DNA of 64,000 nucleotides from Eledone cirrhosa (lineage: Eukaryota): contig CAXHJY010001768.1 in the NCBI GenBank assembly GCA_964016885.1, positions 62,001 through 126,000 of the forward strand, read 5' to 3'. The translations under genes were made by a program, and so were the position numbers. This document shows positions 39,107 to 50,995 of this stretch, in pieces. The notes below the pieces were generated by a model. The model was not told where the DNA came from, did not search any database, and worked only from the letters and a program-made list of their open reading frames with translations. Position 1 is the first letter of the stretch. Each line of letters begins with the position of its first letter.

Positions 39107-42100
39107 TCATCATCATCATCATCACCGTTTTACGTCCGTTCTTCCACGCTAGCATGGGTTAGACGGGTTGTCCTGTTGTGGGCAGTGTCTGGTCGGCTGA
39201 CCATGCCTTGCTCATACAGGAACTGATCTGGCTTGATTTCTACAGCTGGATGCCCTTCCTAACACCAACCTCATTTACAGTGAGTGCTGGGTGCTTTTTC
39301 GTGGCGCCTACACGTCCACTTTACAGTGTGGGCTGGGTGCTTTTTTGCCGTGGCACCTCCACGACCACCTTGCGGTGGGGGGGGGGGGGGGGGGGGGGGG
39401 CATATTGTTTATATGCTTCAGCATGTACCCATGGGAGGTCGGGTACCCTGTATTACTGCGTGACGCCAGAAGTCACGGTCGTGTGTCATTGACTTTGAGA
39501 GGTGTAGTTGGGTAAGGTCGGCTTTTATCACCTCATCCCAAGTCATCTTGGGTCTCCCCACTCCGCGGTTTCCATCAACTTCTAGTGCTCTGCACCTTTT
39601 TATGCAGCTGTCATCCTTCATACGCATCACATGTCCATACCAGCGTAACCGCCTCTCCTGCACGCAGCATTTGATTCCTCTTATGCTCAGTCTCTCTCTC
39701 AATTCATTTATGCTTTGTCGTTCACGTATATTACTGTTACACATCCATCGGAGCATGCAGGCTTCGTTTCTCTCTAATCTACGTAAGTCTTCCACCTTCA
39801 GCGCCCAGGTCTCACTACCATGCAACATCGCTGTTCGGATACACGCATCATACAGTCTGCCTTTCATTCTGAGGGAGAAGCCTTTTGCAGCTAGCAGTGG
39901 TAGTAGTTCCCTAAACTTCTTCCATCCCGTTCTTACCCTAGTTATTGTACTTTCTGAGCACCCACCTCCGTTGCTAATTCGGTCACCTAGGTAGCAGAAG
40001 CTGTCTACTGTTTCTACAGGGCCCTCCCAGAGATTGGTGGTACTTGTTTCCTGTGGCTGTTTGCTTGCTGTTTCAGCACAGCTGCTGCATGTGAATCCTA
40101 CATTCTTAATTAAGCTTCCTGAGATCCCGCTACATCTCTTGTGTACCCATTGTTTGCATTTGGGGCAAAGAATGGAGTTCCTACCTACACCTTTCCTACA
40201 TACTGAGCAAGGCCATTTCCCTGAGGGGATCTGGGTTCTGTTTTCTCGTCTACTTATAAGGACCTTAGTCTTTGTCATGTTGACTTTGAGGCCCTTTCTC
40301 TCTAGTCCCTGCTTCCAGGTTTGGAATTTATTCTCTAGTTCTACCATAGATTCAGCTATGAGTGCGAGGTCATCAGCATACAGGAGTTCCCATGGGCATC
40401 CGGTCTTAAACTCCTCCGTTATTGCCTGCAGGACTATGATGAACAGGAGAGGGCTAAGAACAGAGCCCTGGTGGACCCCAACCTGTACGCTAAATTCCTC
40501 GCTATACTCATTGCCAATCCTAACTTTGCTGACTGCTCCCCTATACATGGCTTGTACCGCTTTCACAAGCCATTCATCTACTCCTAGTTTTCTAAGAGCC
40601 CACCAGATTACTGCACGTGGAACTCTGTCAAAGGCTTTCTCAAGGTCGACAAATGCCAAGTAGAGTGGCTTACTTTTAGCTAGGTACTTTTCCTGTAATT
40701 GCCTCACAAGGAAGAGCGCATCAGTGGTGCCTTTCCCTGGAACAAACCCAAATTGCATCTCGTCTATATTCACCCGGTCCCTAATCAGCTGTGCTATAAC
40801 TCTTTCTGTTACTTTCATGACCTGGTCCATCAACTTTATACCTCTATAGTTTCCTCTATCTAGTGCATCGCCTTTACCTTTGTAGCAGTTGACAATGATG
40901 CTACTGCACCAATCTTTTGGTATGGCCCCCTCTAGTATTACCTGGTTAACGATACGTGTGGTTATAGTGTGACCTACAGACCCAGATGCCTTCAGCATCT
41001 CGGCAGCTATACCCGATGGACCGGTTGCCTTCCCTATCTTCATATCTCTGATTGCCTTACTTACTACGCTGCCGCTGACTTGTACTGCTGGTCCCTCTAT
41101 AGGGTCTACGTGGGGTAGGGTCTCTTCTTCCCATGCATTCTCCTCATTTAGTAATCTATCATAATGACTCTTCCATGCATCTTTCTTCTCAGCACTTGTG
41201 AGGGCAAGCTCACCTTTATCATTCCGGATACACTTCTCTCCAATGACATCACAACTATCTCTGACACACTGCCTCGCAATCTTGAATACCTCCTGTTTCT
41301 GGTCCTCACGTTGTAAAACATGCTTGAATTTTCTATCCTCTGCTTCCCTCCTAGCTAAGTATACTTGTCGCCTAGCTTCCCTCTTGGTCTCTATGTAATG
41401 TACCCTGCTCCCCCCGTTCTTCCATTCTTTCCATGCCTGTCTCTTGGCCTTGACTGCTTCATCTACCTTATTGTTCCACCACCAAGTCACTCTCCTCCTG
41501 CTTGAGGTCTTACTCCAGCCACAAACCTCATCCGTCGCCTCTAGTAAGTTATTTTTTAGGAACTCCCAGTTCTCTTCTACGTTAAATGTCTCTATCTGTT
41601 CTTCTTTACTGTCGTAGGCGTTGAGTAAAATATCTTTAAATCTGTTACTGGTTGAGGGGACTTTCAGCTTCCAGATCTTTCTTCTCCAGGTTGGCCTCTG
41701 TTTCAGGGCTCGTCTAGTTCTGACCGTGAGGTCGCTGACAACTAAGCTATGTTGGGATGTACATTCCTCACTAGGGAAGGCTTTTGTGTTTACGACCGTC
41801 CATCTGTCACGTCCTCTGATGAGGATAAAATCTAACTGACTAGAGTGCTCCCCTGATCTATAGGTGATCAGGTGGTTGTCGGGTTTTTTAAAGTTTGTGT
41901 TACATATCGACATGTCATTGGCGTCGCAGAATTCTAGAAGTCTGAATCCTTCCTCATTCCTTGTGCCAACTCCATGGCCTCCATGTACTCTATTGAAGCC
42001 GTCGCAGTGTTTACCTACGTGTCCGTTAAAATCTCCTGCAATGATTAGGAAGTCCTTGTCGTCTGTTAGAGCAGTAGTGTGTATTAGGGACTCGTAAAAC

Positions 42101-42700
42101 CTATCCTTAAGTTCGTCTGGCAGCCCCGATTGGGGTGCGTAAGCTGATATTATTGTGGTAATTGTCTTATTCAGGACTAGTCTGAGTTTAATGATTCTTG
42201 CATTTACCCTGTACACTGAGATTACTTTATCTACCCACTTGTCAGCTAATAGTATACCTACACCACCCATCCCATCGTCATTTCCCACCCAGAAAAATTT
42301 GTAGCACTGGCTTTTTCCTACAAGGACTCTAGCAGACCCTCCTCTCCATCTAGTCTCTTGCACACAACATACATCAACTTCCTTTCGCTCTAGCATTTCT
42401 ACGATTTCTCCTGCTCTTCCTTTCATTGAGCCTACATTGATGGTACCAACTCGGAGTTTTGGGCATTTGTCGACACTCGTAGGGGAGGGTCTCTGGGTTG
42501 GCGCTTCACGTGGGTGCTTGGTAGCTCGCAGATTCATATTTCATCTATTGATTCAGAGTTGCTCGTGTATTCCCAGCTCATCCATCCCTAACGGTGAAAA
42601 TTGAGGGCTAGAAGGACAGTGGTGGTGGGGTAATGGCAGGGTGTGTTGGGATGCGCCAGAGGAGGAGAGAGTTAGTTAGGCAGGTAGTAGCAGCAGCAGC
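39103..42700 (-). mobile_element. Apparently full-length RTE-clade non-LTR retrotransposon (5' boundary uncertain, may reach ~43150)
   Basis: Single ORF, ~310-nt 3' UTR, (GAT)n tail abutting a (TA)n tract. Confidence 0.95.
39418..42537 (-). CDS. RTE ORF: AP endonuclease + reverse transcriptase with an internal PHD-type zinc finger, 1039 aa, intact
   Basis: APE motifs GTINV, VQETRW, AYAP, GDFN, LDFIL, SQH; RT motifs [35 protein letters not shown]. Confidence 0.97.
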   Translation of the reverse strand: MNLRATKHPREAPTQRPSPTSVDKCPKLRVGTINVGSMKGRAGEIVEMLERKEVDVCCVQETRWRGGSARVLVGKSQCYKFFWVGNDDGMGGVGILLADKWVDKVISVYRVNARIIKLRLVLNKTITTIISAYAPQSGLPDELKDRFYESLIHTTALTDDKDFLIIAGDFNGHVGKHCDGFNRVHGGHGVGTRNEEGFRLLEFCDANDMSICNTNFKKPDNHLITYRSGEHSSQLDFILIRGRDRWTVVNTKAFPSEECTSQHSLVVSDLTVRTRRALKQRPTWRRKIWKLKVPSTSNRFKDILLNAYDSKEEQIETFNVEENWEFLKNNLLEATDEVCGWSKTSSRRRVTWWWNNKVDEAVKAKRQAWKEWKNGGSRVHYIETKREARRQVYLARREAEDRKFKHVLQREDQKQEVFKIARQCVRDSCDVIGEKCIRNDKGELALTSAEKKDAWKSHYDRLLNEENAWEEETLPHVDPIEGPAVQVSGSVVSKAIRDMKIGKATGPSGIAAEMLKASGSVGHTITTRIVNQVILEGAIPKDWCSSIIVNCYKGKGDALDRGNYRGIKLMDQVMKVTERVIAQLIRDRVNIDEMQFGFVPGKGTTDALFLVRQLQEKYLAKSKPLYLAFVDLEKAFDRVPRAVIWWALRKLGVDEWLVKAVQAMYRGAVSKVRIGNEYSEEFSVQVGVHQGSVLSPLLFIIVLQAITEEFKTGCPWELLYADDLALIAESMVELENKFQTWKQGLERKGLKVNMTKTKVLISRRENRTQIPSGKWPCSVCRKGVGRNSILCPKCKQWVHKRCSGISGSLIKNVGFTCSSCAETASKQPQETSTTNLWEGPVETVDSFCYLGDRISNGGGCSESTITRVRTGWKKFRELLPLLAAKGFSLRMKGRLYDACIRTAMLHGSETWALKVEDLRRLERNEACMLRWMCNSNIRERQSINELRERLSIRGIKCCVQERRLRWYGHVMRMKDDSCIKRCRALEVDGNRGVGRPKMTWDEVIKADLTQLHLSKSMTHDRDFWRHAVIQGTRPPMGTC

Positions 42701-42844
42701 AGCAGTGGAAATGGCATGCTAGGTTTGATTGGTCGAATAGACTATGGTGGTGTGTGGGGGTGGGGGGGAGGGAAATTGTGAGGTAGGAACTGAGGGTCGC
42801 ATGGTAAATATCCAAGTTAATACTACATCAGTAAAATTAACAAT

Positions 42845-43146
42845 AATAACGTCATGAAAAAAGCTACTAAGAGAAACCCTCGAAAATTTATCGCTAATAC
42901 AGCAGGGAAAATTTAACGCTAATACAGCAGGGAACATCATATTAACGACATGAAAAAGCTACTAAGAGAAACCCTCGAAAATTTATCGCTAATACAGCAG
43001 GGAAAATTTAACGCTAATACAGCAGGGAACATCATAATATTAACGACATGAAAAAGCTACTAAGAGAAACCCTCGAAAATTTATCGCTAATACAGCAGGG
43101 AAAATTTAACGCTAATACAGCAGGGAACATCATAATATTAACGACA
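42845..43146. repeat. Three tandem ~96-bp units upstream of the RTE ORF
   Basis: GCTACTAA at 42863, 42958 and 43056; each unit holds two GAAAATTTA(T/A)CGCTAATACAGCAGG subrepeats. Confidence 0.9.
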
Positions 43147-43565
43147 ATATGTAGGCTAAAATACCTTCGTAGATTAGGTGGATGGCTGGCTGGGAAAATT
43201 GAATCATCTCTAGTGGTACATTTTAGCAGAGAAGAATGGCAAAGTGTCTTATCTCTTCAATATTTTCAGATTGAATGAATTAGGTTAAAGACAGGGTAGT
43301 AAGCCTTAAAGAAGTGCATAGAGGGGGGGGGGGGTAGGAACTATATTTAAGATTAAAAAGTAAATGTATATAGCCATATATCATTAGAGAAACATAAGTA
43401 TATGTTATACTACTTTAAATTAGTATATATAATTATATATATACCCTAAGTGGTACCGAGTTTGGTCCTACTGTGTGGCACCTTGGGTAAGTGCCTTCCA
43501 CTATGGCTTTCAGGTTCAACTATGGCTTATGTGTGAAATTTGGTATATGGAAACTGTTCAGAAGC

Positions 43566-43621
<56 letters not shown>

Positions 43622-43930
43622 ATACACTATGTTAAGGTATCAATATATATCTAACATGTATGATGATCATGTTTCTCAATAAATAAGCTCAACGGACCTT
43701 GGTTCAGAACATCAATAATTCAAATTTAAAAGATCTATGAAGGGAGAGGGGAGAGGGTCATATATGTATTTCTCAAACTATATGATTCTCTCTCTCTCTT
43801 TCTCTCTCTATATATATTTTAAATTTGAATTATATACAAGGTGTCTTCAAAAAATGTATATACACATCAACAGCATTCTAATAAATATGTGTGTGTATAT
43901 ATATATAGATATATATATATATATATATAA

Positions 43931-44127
43931 CAAAGGAATTGTGGTAAGGAACCAGATGGACCATAACGCACCAGAGTACTCAATACTTAGGGTAGTAGAG
44001 TGGGAAATAGGAAAAAGTATGACCCCGACGGCAGAGCTCAAGCCGTTTCGGCGGCTATTTCTGGACTCAAATATCCAGAAATAACCGTTGAAACAGCTTG
44101 AGCTCTGCCGTCGGGGTCATACTTTTT

Positions 44128-44131
<4 letters not shown>
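43931..44131. mobile_element. Fold-back element with tail; inverted partner at 38931-39062
   Basis: Arms of ~57 bp (44008-44131) around the loop CTCAAATA; the tail matches the reverse complement of 38970-39062. Confidence 0.75.
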
Positions 44132-44170
<39 letters not shown>

Positions 44171-44286
44171 GCACACCTTTGACATGTACTCAACACTGAA
44201 TACGGAAAGAGAGAAGGAGGAAGAGGAACAAGCCTCGTATCACAACACAGCATTAACAACAACAACAACAAAGGTGTAAAAAATAC

Positions 44287-44341
44287 TTAGCTGAGAGCCA
44301 AGAAACACTGACTACGAAAGGTAAAAACAGTTGGCTGTGTC
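44287..44341 (-). CDS. Candidate small terminal coding exon of the host gene
   Basis: Acceptor ctacatttctacag|G; the phase-2 reading (R)TQPTVFTFRSQCFLALS* fits the 50996 donor. Confidence 0.25.
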
Positions 44342-45720
44342 CTGTAGAAATGTAGAGGCAGTGGGTTCAAATGTCAACTACAGACGAAATATGAAGGAGG
44401 AGGAGGGACAAGATGAGATTGAAGGAAGAGAGCAGCTTTGAGTGACATCCTCCCAGTGTGTGAGACTGGCTGGTATGACACTGACATAGACATATACACA
44501 CATATACACACATATACACATACACTGACATAGACATACACACACATACACTGACAGACATATACACACACACAGACACTGACATATACACACATATATA
44601 CACACACACAGACACACTGACATAGACATATACACACATACACACACACTGACGCTGACATAGAAATATACACACATATACACACATATACATACACACA
44701 GACACTGACATAGAAATATAGACACATATACACACCGACACATATATACATACACATATACATACATATATACATACGTAGCTCATAGTAATGTACATAC
44801 ACATATAACGCCTCATACATACATATACACACAACACACTCACTCACACGCGTGCATACACATACATTCACACACACAGAAGTACTATATATATATATAC
44901 AGGCATACATATCAACACTTGGTTCACAATTACTGCACATACATATACCTATACACACACACACACACATAGAGACACACCACTGATACATACACGTATA
45001 TACATCATTAAACACAGACTTGGTGACATCACATACACACACACATACACACAAGTATACATAAGCACAAAGTAACAACCACACTTACACACAGTTAAAA
45101 GACATCACCACACACACACACACAAGTACATACAACCTACACTAAGAGGTATACATACACACACAGTAACAACCACACTTACACACAGCTAAAAGACATC
45201 ACCACACACACACACACTAACACATATGCATACATTAACACATACACTAACATATATGTATGCACTAACACACACACATGTAGATACTAACACACAGTAA
45301 TATCCATATATATAGTCACACATACATACATCTACATATATACAAATACACACGTACACATACAAATACACACAAATACATACACACAGGTGATTAAGCA
45401 GCGTGTAGGTGACATCACAGTCAGTATATTTGGTAAATGCCTGTGTCCTCAACACCAGTAATTACTTGGCCTCTTTCAGGATGTAGAAATAGCAGCCAAA
45501 TCTCCCTCAAATCATTCTCTAGTCTTTGTTAAAGGAAAGGACATGTTAGACCATTCAGTGCTAGATACCCTTAAAAAACGAGATGGCCATGGTTGGAATT
45601 CCTTTGGTCGTAGGTCTGTTCAATCAGAGTTGAACTGAGATTAAACACCAACAATAATCTTGTCTGTGTATCTAACAAGGGTCAGTAAACTTTAAAGGTG
45701 GGCTACATTGAATATGGTTT

Positions 45721-45897
45721 TTAACCCTTTAGCATTTAAACTAGCCATATCTGGCCAGAATTCTCCCACCTCTTTCTCTTCAAACCAGCCACTTAAGTTA
45801 TTGTTCTCAAAATAAACAATATCAAAATCTCATAGATTCGATATTATGTGAGATAATTATGTGAAAATATAGAGTAATGTAAATGCTAAAGGGTTAA
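45721..45897. mobile_element. piggyBac-type MITE family B, internally deleted
   Basis: TTAACCCTTTAGCATTTA ... TAAATGCTAAAGGGTTAA. Confidence 0.85.
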
Positions 45898-46429
45898 TGT
45901 CTTGTAGGCCAGGGCCAAGGTTGGTATGCTTGAGCTGGGCAGTGGGGTGAGCTCCTGCTGGCCTACAAAATGGCTCAAATACGATGTGTTTATCACCTCC
46001 ACTGGCCAAACTCCCTCCCATGCATCTCCATCGCGGCACTGGCTCTACCAAATTAGGTTGGGTGTGAAAGTGAGATTTGAACTCAGAATATAAAGAGCTG
46101 GAAGTACTCTAATGATTCTGCCAGTCTACCACATTTAGAACGGTGAAAATAATGAAGGTTGTGCTAACTAAATATTGATAAGGAAAACAATGAATTAAGT
46201 CCTCAGGCCAGCAACCTTTGCTCTAACCAACTATGATGGCCAGAAACAGTTAGTAGATATGATCCATGGTCAAGTTCATGAGTCCCATTTAGCTGTTGAG
46301 CCAGAGCTTCAGTCTAAGGAGAATACATGAGTTGTGCTTTCTTTGTCTTTTTCATCCTCTATCTTGGGGACTTTCATTGCTTCTCTGTCTTACAGAGAGG
46401 TAGTTCACATGTAACCCAAGGTGATGGTC

Positions 46430-46552
46430 AAGTGACCACCACCTACCACTGGTAAAGTGACCACCACCTATCACTGGTCAAGTGACCACCACCTACCACT
46501 GGTCAACAAGTCTCCAGCACCTACCACTAATTAAGCAAGTGACCACCACCTA
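46430..46552. repeat. ~25-bp tandem repeat, 4-5 copies
   Basis: AAGTGACCACCACCTACCACTGGT(C/A). Confidence 0.8.
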
Positions 46553-47679
46553 CTATCACACACAGATTATTGTAAATATCCCACCACATTGTCCTCATTC
46601 TTCTATATTTCAGTAAACTGGTTGAAATGTTAGACGACATTGGCTAAAATACTTTGCAGTCCAGTATTTATTCTGTCCTCTTACATTTTGAGCTCAACTT
46701 CCATTGCTGTCAATGTTGTCATTTGTCCATCTAGGGGAGGGGGGAGGGTCGATAAATAAAGTGTCAGTCTAGGGTGGTTGACTGGTGGAGTTGTTAGAGC
46801 ATTAGACAAGATGTTATAGACAATTTCATTACACTCTGGTCCCTAATAATGGGGGCAGGGATTAAGTGGGAGGGTTGGAAAATCAGTAAATTTTTTTTGG
46901 TTGCCTCCATTGATTTTTTAAAAAGACCAGAATTAGTTGTTTAGTTTAAATATTGAGACTGCCAACCCATACTATATATTTTGGGGAGTTTCTAGTAATA
47001 TACTTTTTTTGTCATGTATAATATTTTTCAATATATAAAGAAAAATAATTGTTGCAGCACTTAAAATATAATTTCATCAGTTAGATTAGCAAAATTTAAT
47101 TGGAAAAATATCTGAAAATTAATAAGCAAGGGGCACGATTATTCAAGACTCAAAAGTAAGTTTACATCATTGTCATCATTATTTAACATCCATTGTCCAC
47201 GCTAGCATGGGTTAGACGGTTATACTATTTGCATTCTGAGTTCAACTGAAAAAGTCTTGTCCTTATGCAGAAGTTCAGCAACCAAGATGCAAAACTGTAG
47301 CCTACAATTTAGAACACACACAGATACACTGACATACATATATATATTAAGAAGATATATCTGGTTATAAAACAATATTTTTGTAATAACCTCTTGAATA
47401 AGACATTGTGGCTCAACTGGGTCAACACATGATAATATTTTGATTGTGTTCCTACCCACTCCTATCCTACAGTTCTCCACACCAGACCTCATTTGACAGT
47501 TATTTTAACCCAGAATTAATATTAGAACCAGACTACATATATATTCTAATACAGGATCAATTAACTCATATGTTCTGTGGTATGTTACATAAACATGTGG
47601 GTGTACATAATAACTATACAAGTGATGCATGTATTATATATATATTATGTGAGTAACGTGTGGTTACACACATGTAAAC

Positions 47680-47771
47680 TTGTATATCTGAAGAAGTGTT
47701 GATTAATAGTCGGGATCTGATCGCCTGATCAAACCCAAACAAATCGATATAGAAACAATTGTAATATGCAA
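47680..47771 (+). ncRNA. Candidate type I hammerhead ribozyme (Penelope-type, palindromic stem III)
   Basis: TTGTATAT-CTGAAGA-a-GTGTTGATT...AATCGATAT-a-GAAAC-AATT-GTA-ATATGCAA; stems I and II pair by eye; AATAAA follows. Confidence 0.55.
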
Positions 47772-47829
47772 TAAAGTTTCACAAATAGCTGTAATTCTTA
47801 TTGTCAATTTATATATATATATAAATATA

Positions 47830-48957
47830 TTCCATTTTATGTCCCAAATGCAAAGTATGGGTACATAAAAGATGTAATGGGATCACAGGTAAACTATCTA
47901 AGAACGTAGACTTTATATGTGGCCAATGCTCAGGTGAAATAAGTAGCAAGTGTCCAAAGGATACTAGCTCCTTCCATTGCCCAGATAGTTCTATAGAAAT
48001 AGTAGACACTTTCCGTTACCTGGGTGACGAAATCAGCAGTGGTGGAGGGTGTTCTGAAAGTACAGTAGCTAGAGTCAGAACGGGATGGAAAAAGTTCAGA
48101 GAGCTTATACCGCTGTTGGCCACAAAAGGTTTCTCTCTAAAAATGAAAGGCAGATTGTATGATGCCTGTATACGAACAGCAATGCTACATGGCAGTGAGA
48201 CATGGGCATTACGTGCAGAAGACCTGCGTAGACTGGAAAGGAACGAAGCATGCATGCTCCGTTGGATGTGTAATAGTGATATATGTGAACCGCAAAGCAT
48301 AAATGAACTAAGTGAGAAATTAGGAATAAGAGGGATCAGATGCTGTTTACTTGAGAGAAGACTACGTTGGTATGGTCACGTGATGCGCATGAAAGACGAC
48401 AGCTGCATAAAAAAGTGCAGGGCGATCAAAATTGATGGTAGTTACGGAGTAGGTAGACCCAGAAAAACCTGGGATGATTTGATAAATTCCGACCTTACAC
48501 ACTTACACCTCTCTAAGACAATGTCACTGGACCGAGATCTTTGGTGCTACGCAGTAATACAGAAGACCCGCCTTGCCTATGTACAAAGCGAAACCTACAG
48601 TCAGTAGGCACCTCTTAACCAAATATACACCCCAATCTACTACTCCTACCCTATCCTCCCACTCCCACCAACAGTACGAGAAAATGAGATCGAGTTTGTG
48701 TAGGTGTCACGACAAAAAAAACACACACAATCCACGCTGTAATGTGGCCGTGTAGGTAACACGGTAAAAAGTTCCCAGTTCCACACTGTAAATGTGGTTG
48801 GTGTTAGGAAGAGCATCCAGCCGTAGAAAACCTGCCAGATAGTCCTATATGAGTGAGACACGGTCACCCAACCAGCCTTGCCTCAAGGGGGACAACTCCC
48901 GGCTAACCCATGCTAGCGTGGAAAATGGACGTTAAACGATGATGATGATGATGATGA

Positions 48958-48961
<4 letters not shown>
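47830..48961 (+). mobile_element. 5'-truncated RTE, subfamily 2
   Basis: Begins inside the zinc finger ([15 protein letters not shown]...FICGQC); C-terminus, 3' UTR and (GAT)n tail; (TA)n on both sides. Confidence 0.93.
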
Positions 48962-48994
<33 letters not shown>

Positions 48995-49857
48995 AGTGTG
49001 TTTGTGTGTGTTTATATGCAGTCATAAATTACATTTGTACAGTACTCAATACATTAGTAGAGTGTAAATATCATTATTTAATATAAAAATGGTTTCTAAA
49101 AGACTAGAAATGTTTTATTTGTATGAAATCATCAAGAATGCACATATATATATATATGGTTTAACTAATAGGTAGTTGGGTTTGTGATCCAGTCATTCCA
49201 ATCTACAGGCGATGATGCAATAAGCAAAAAAACATTAAGTGTGGTTGGTACAGGAACAAAGTTAAATATTTCAATGGAAATATAAGAAGATTCCACTATC
49301 CTCTGTATGTATATATATCATCATCATCATCACCGTTTAACATCCATTTTCCACACCAGCATGGGTGAGACAGGTTGTCCTTCAGTCAGAGAAGTCAGAT
49401 CAGACAACAATGCTACTGAGCATCTACACAGGCAATAATCAACAGTACCATTGAAACCCAACAGTCAAATAATGGCTGCAGATAGAAACACACCATATAC
49501 TACTATCAAGAGGAGGAACTGCACCCCTGGATGGCTCCATTTTACAAAACATGTAACTCAATAGCATCCATTACTTGGTTGACTCCCATGACCTACACAT
49601 CCATACATAAAGAGCAATCAAACACACACTTGTACTCCACAGAGTAATATGATCTGCTCCCAATACAAGAGTACAAATATATTCACACATATATCTACAT
49701 ATGTATTCACACTAACTCACTCCCATATTAATTCCTGGAACTCAAACAAAAACGTTTTGTCACTTCTGTTACTGACTGGCATGAATTCTACAAAGAACCT
49801 AAATACATCTCAAAGAACATACATACATATATATATATATATATACATATCTAAAAA

Positions 49858-49900
<43 letters not shown>

Positions 49901-50051
49901 CTAAAAAAACATACATATATATATACATATATCTAAAAAACATATATATATATATATACATGATATACATACATACTAATATTAACATTTGTACTGCCTC
50001 TTCGCTTCCACGTTGTTTTTTTGTTTTCTGTCACTTTAAAATATATATATA

Positions 50052-50491
50052 TCATCATCATCATCATCATCATCACCGTTTTACGTCCGTTCTTCCACGC
50101 TAGCATGGGTTAGACGGGTTGTCCTGTTGTGGGCAGTGTCTGGTCGGCTGACCATGCCTTGCTCATACAGGAACTGATCTGGCTTGATTTCTACAGCTGG
50201 ATGCCCTTCCTAACACCAACCTCATTTACAGTGAGTGCTGGGTGCTTTTTCGTGGCGCCTACACGTCCACTTTACAGTGTGGGCTGGGTGCTTTTTTTGC
50301 CGTGGCACCTCCACGACCACCTTGCGGTGGGGGGAGTGGGGGCATATTGTTTATATGCTTCAGCATGTACCCATGGGAGGTCGGGTACCCTGTATTACTG
50401 CGTGACGCCAGAAGTCACGGTCGTGAGTCATTGACTTTGAGAGGTGTAGTTGGGTAAGGTCGGCTTTTATCACCTCATCCCAAGTCATCTT
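50052..50491 (-). mobile_element. Short 5'-truncated copy of the young RTE
   Basis: Near-identical to 39103-39550. Confidence 0.95.
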
Positions 50492-50782
50492 GCAGAGGTT
50501 ATATTTAATTCGTTGTGATTCAACAGCTTAAACATTTTTATAACTGATATAAAGCACTCAACAAATAAATGGAAATTATATTTATAAAACGATATTTATT
50601 TTATTATACATATTTCAAGGGCCACCAAGGCAAATTATGGTGCGCTTTCATCGGATAAAATACAATACAGATTAGTTTTATAAATAAATATTGACATACC
50701 CTGAAAAAAGACAACCGCCCTTGAAATATGTATAATAAAATTAATATGGTTTTATAAATATAGTTTCCATTTATTAATATAT

Positions 50783-50836
<54 letters not shown>

Positions 50837-50995
50837 CATATATCGCAAAGAAAATACATATATACATACATATATCTCAAAGAAAATACATATATATATA
50901 TATATACATAGACAGACAGACACACAGACATGTATATTAGACAGAGTGACACAAAGCTTATGAAGAAGTGGGGGTGTAGATAGTGGTGATTTTAC

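Noticed and set aside
39548-42097. Plus-strand ORFs overlapping the RTE (also 30887-32002 and 54347-56420)
   Set aside because: Antisense shadows of the RTE coding frame with no independent motifs.
49430-49810. Possible Penelope GIY-YIG remnant (CPLDG-like motif)
   Set aside because: Too many frameshifts to support by eye; needs a translated HMM search.
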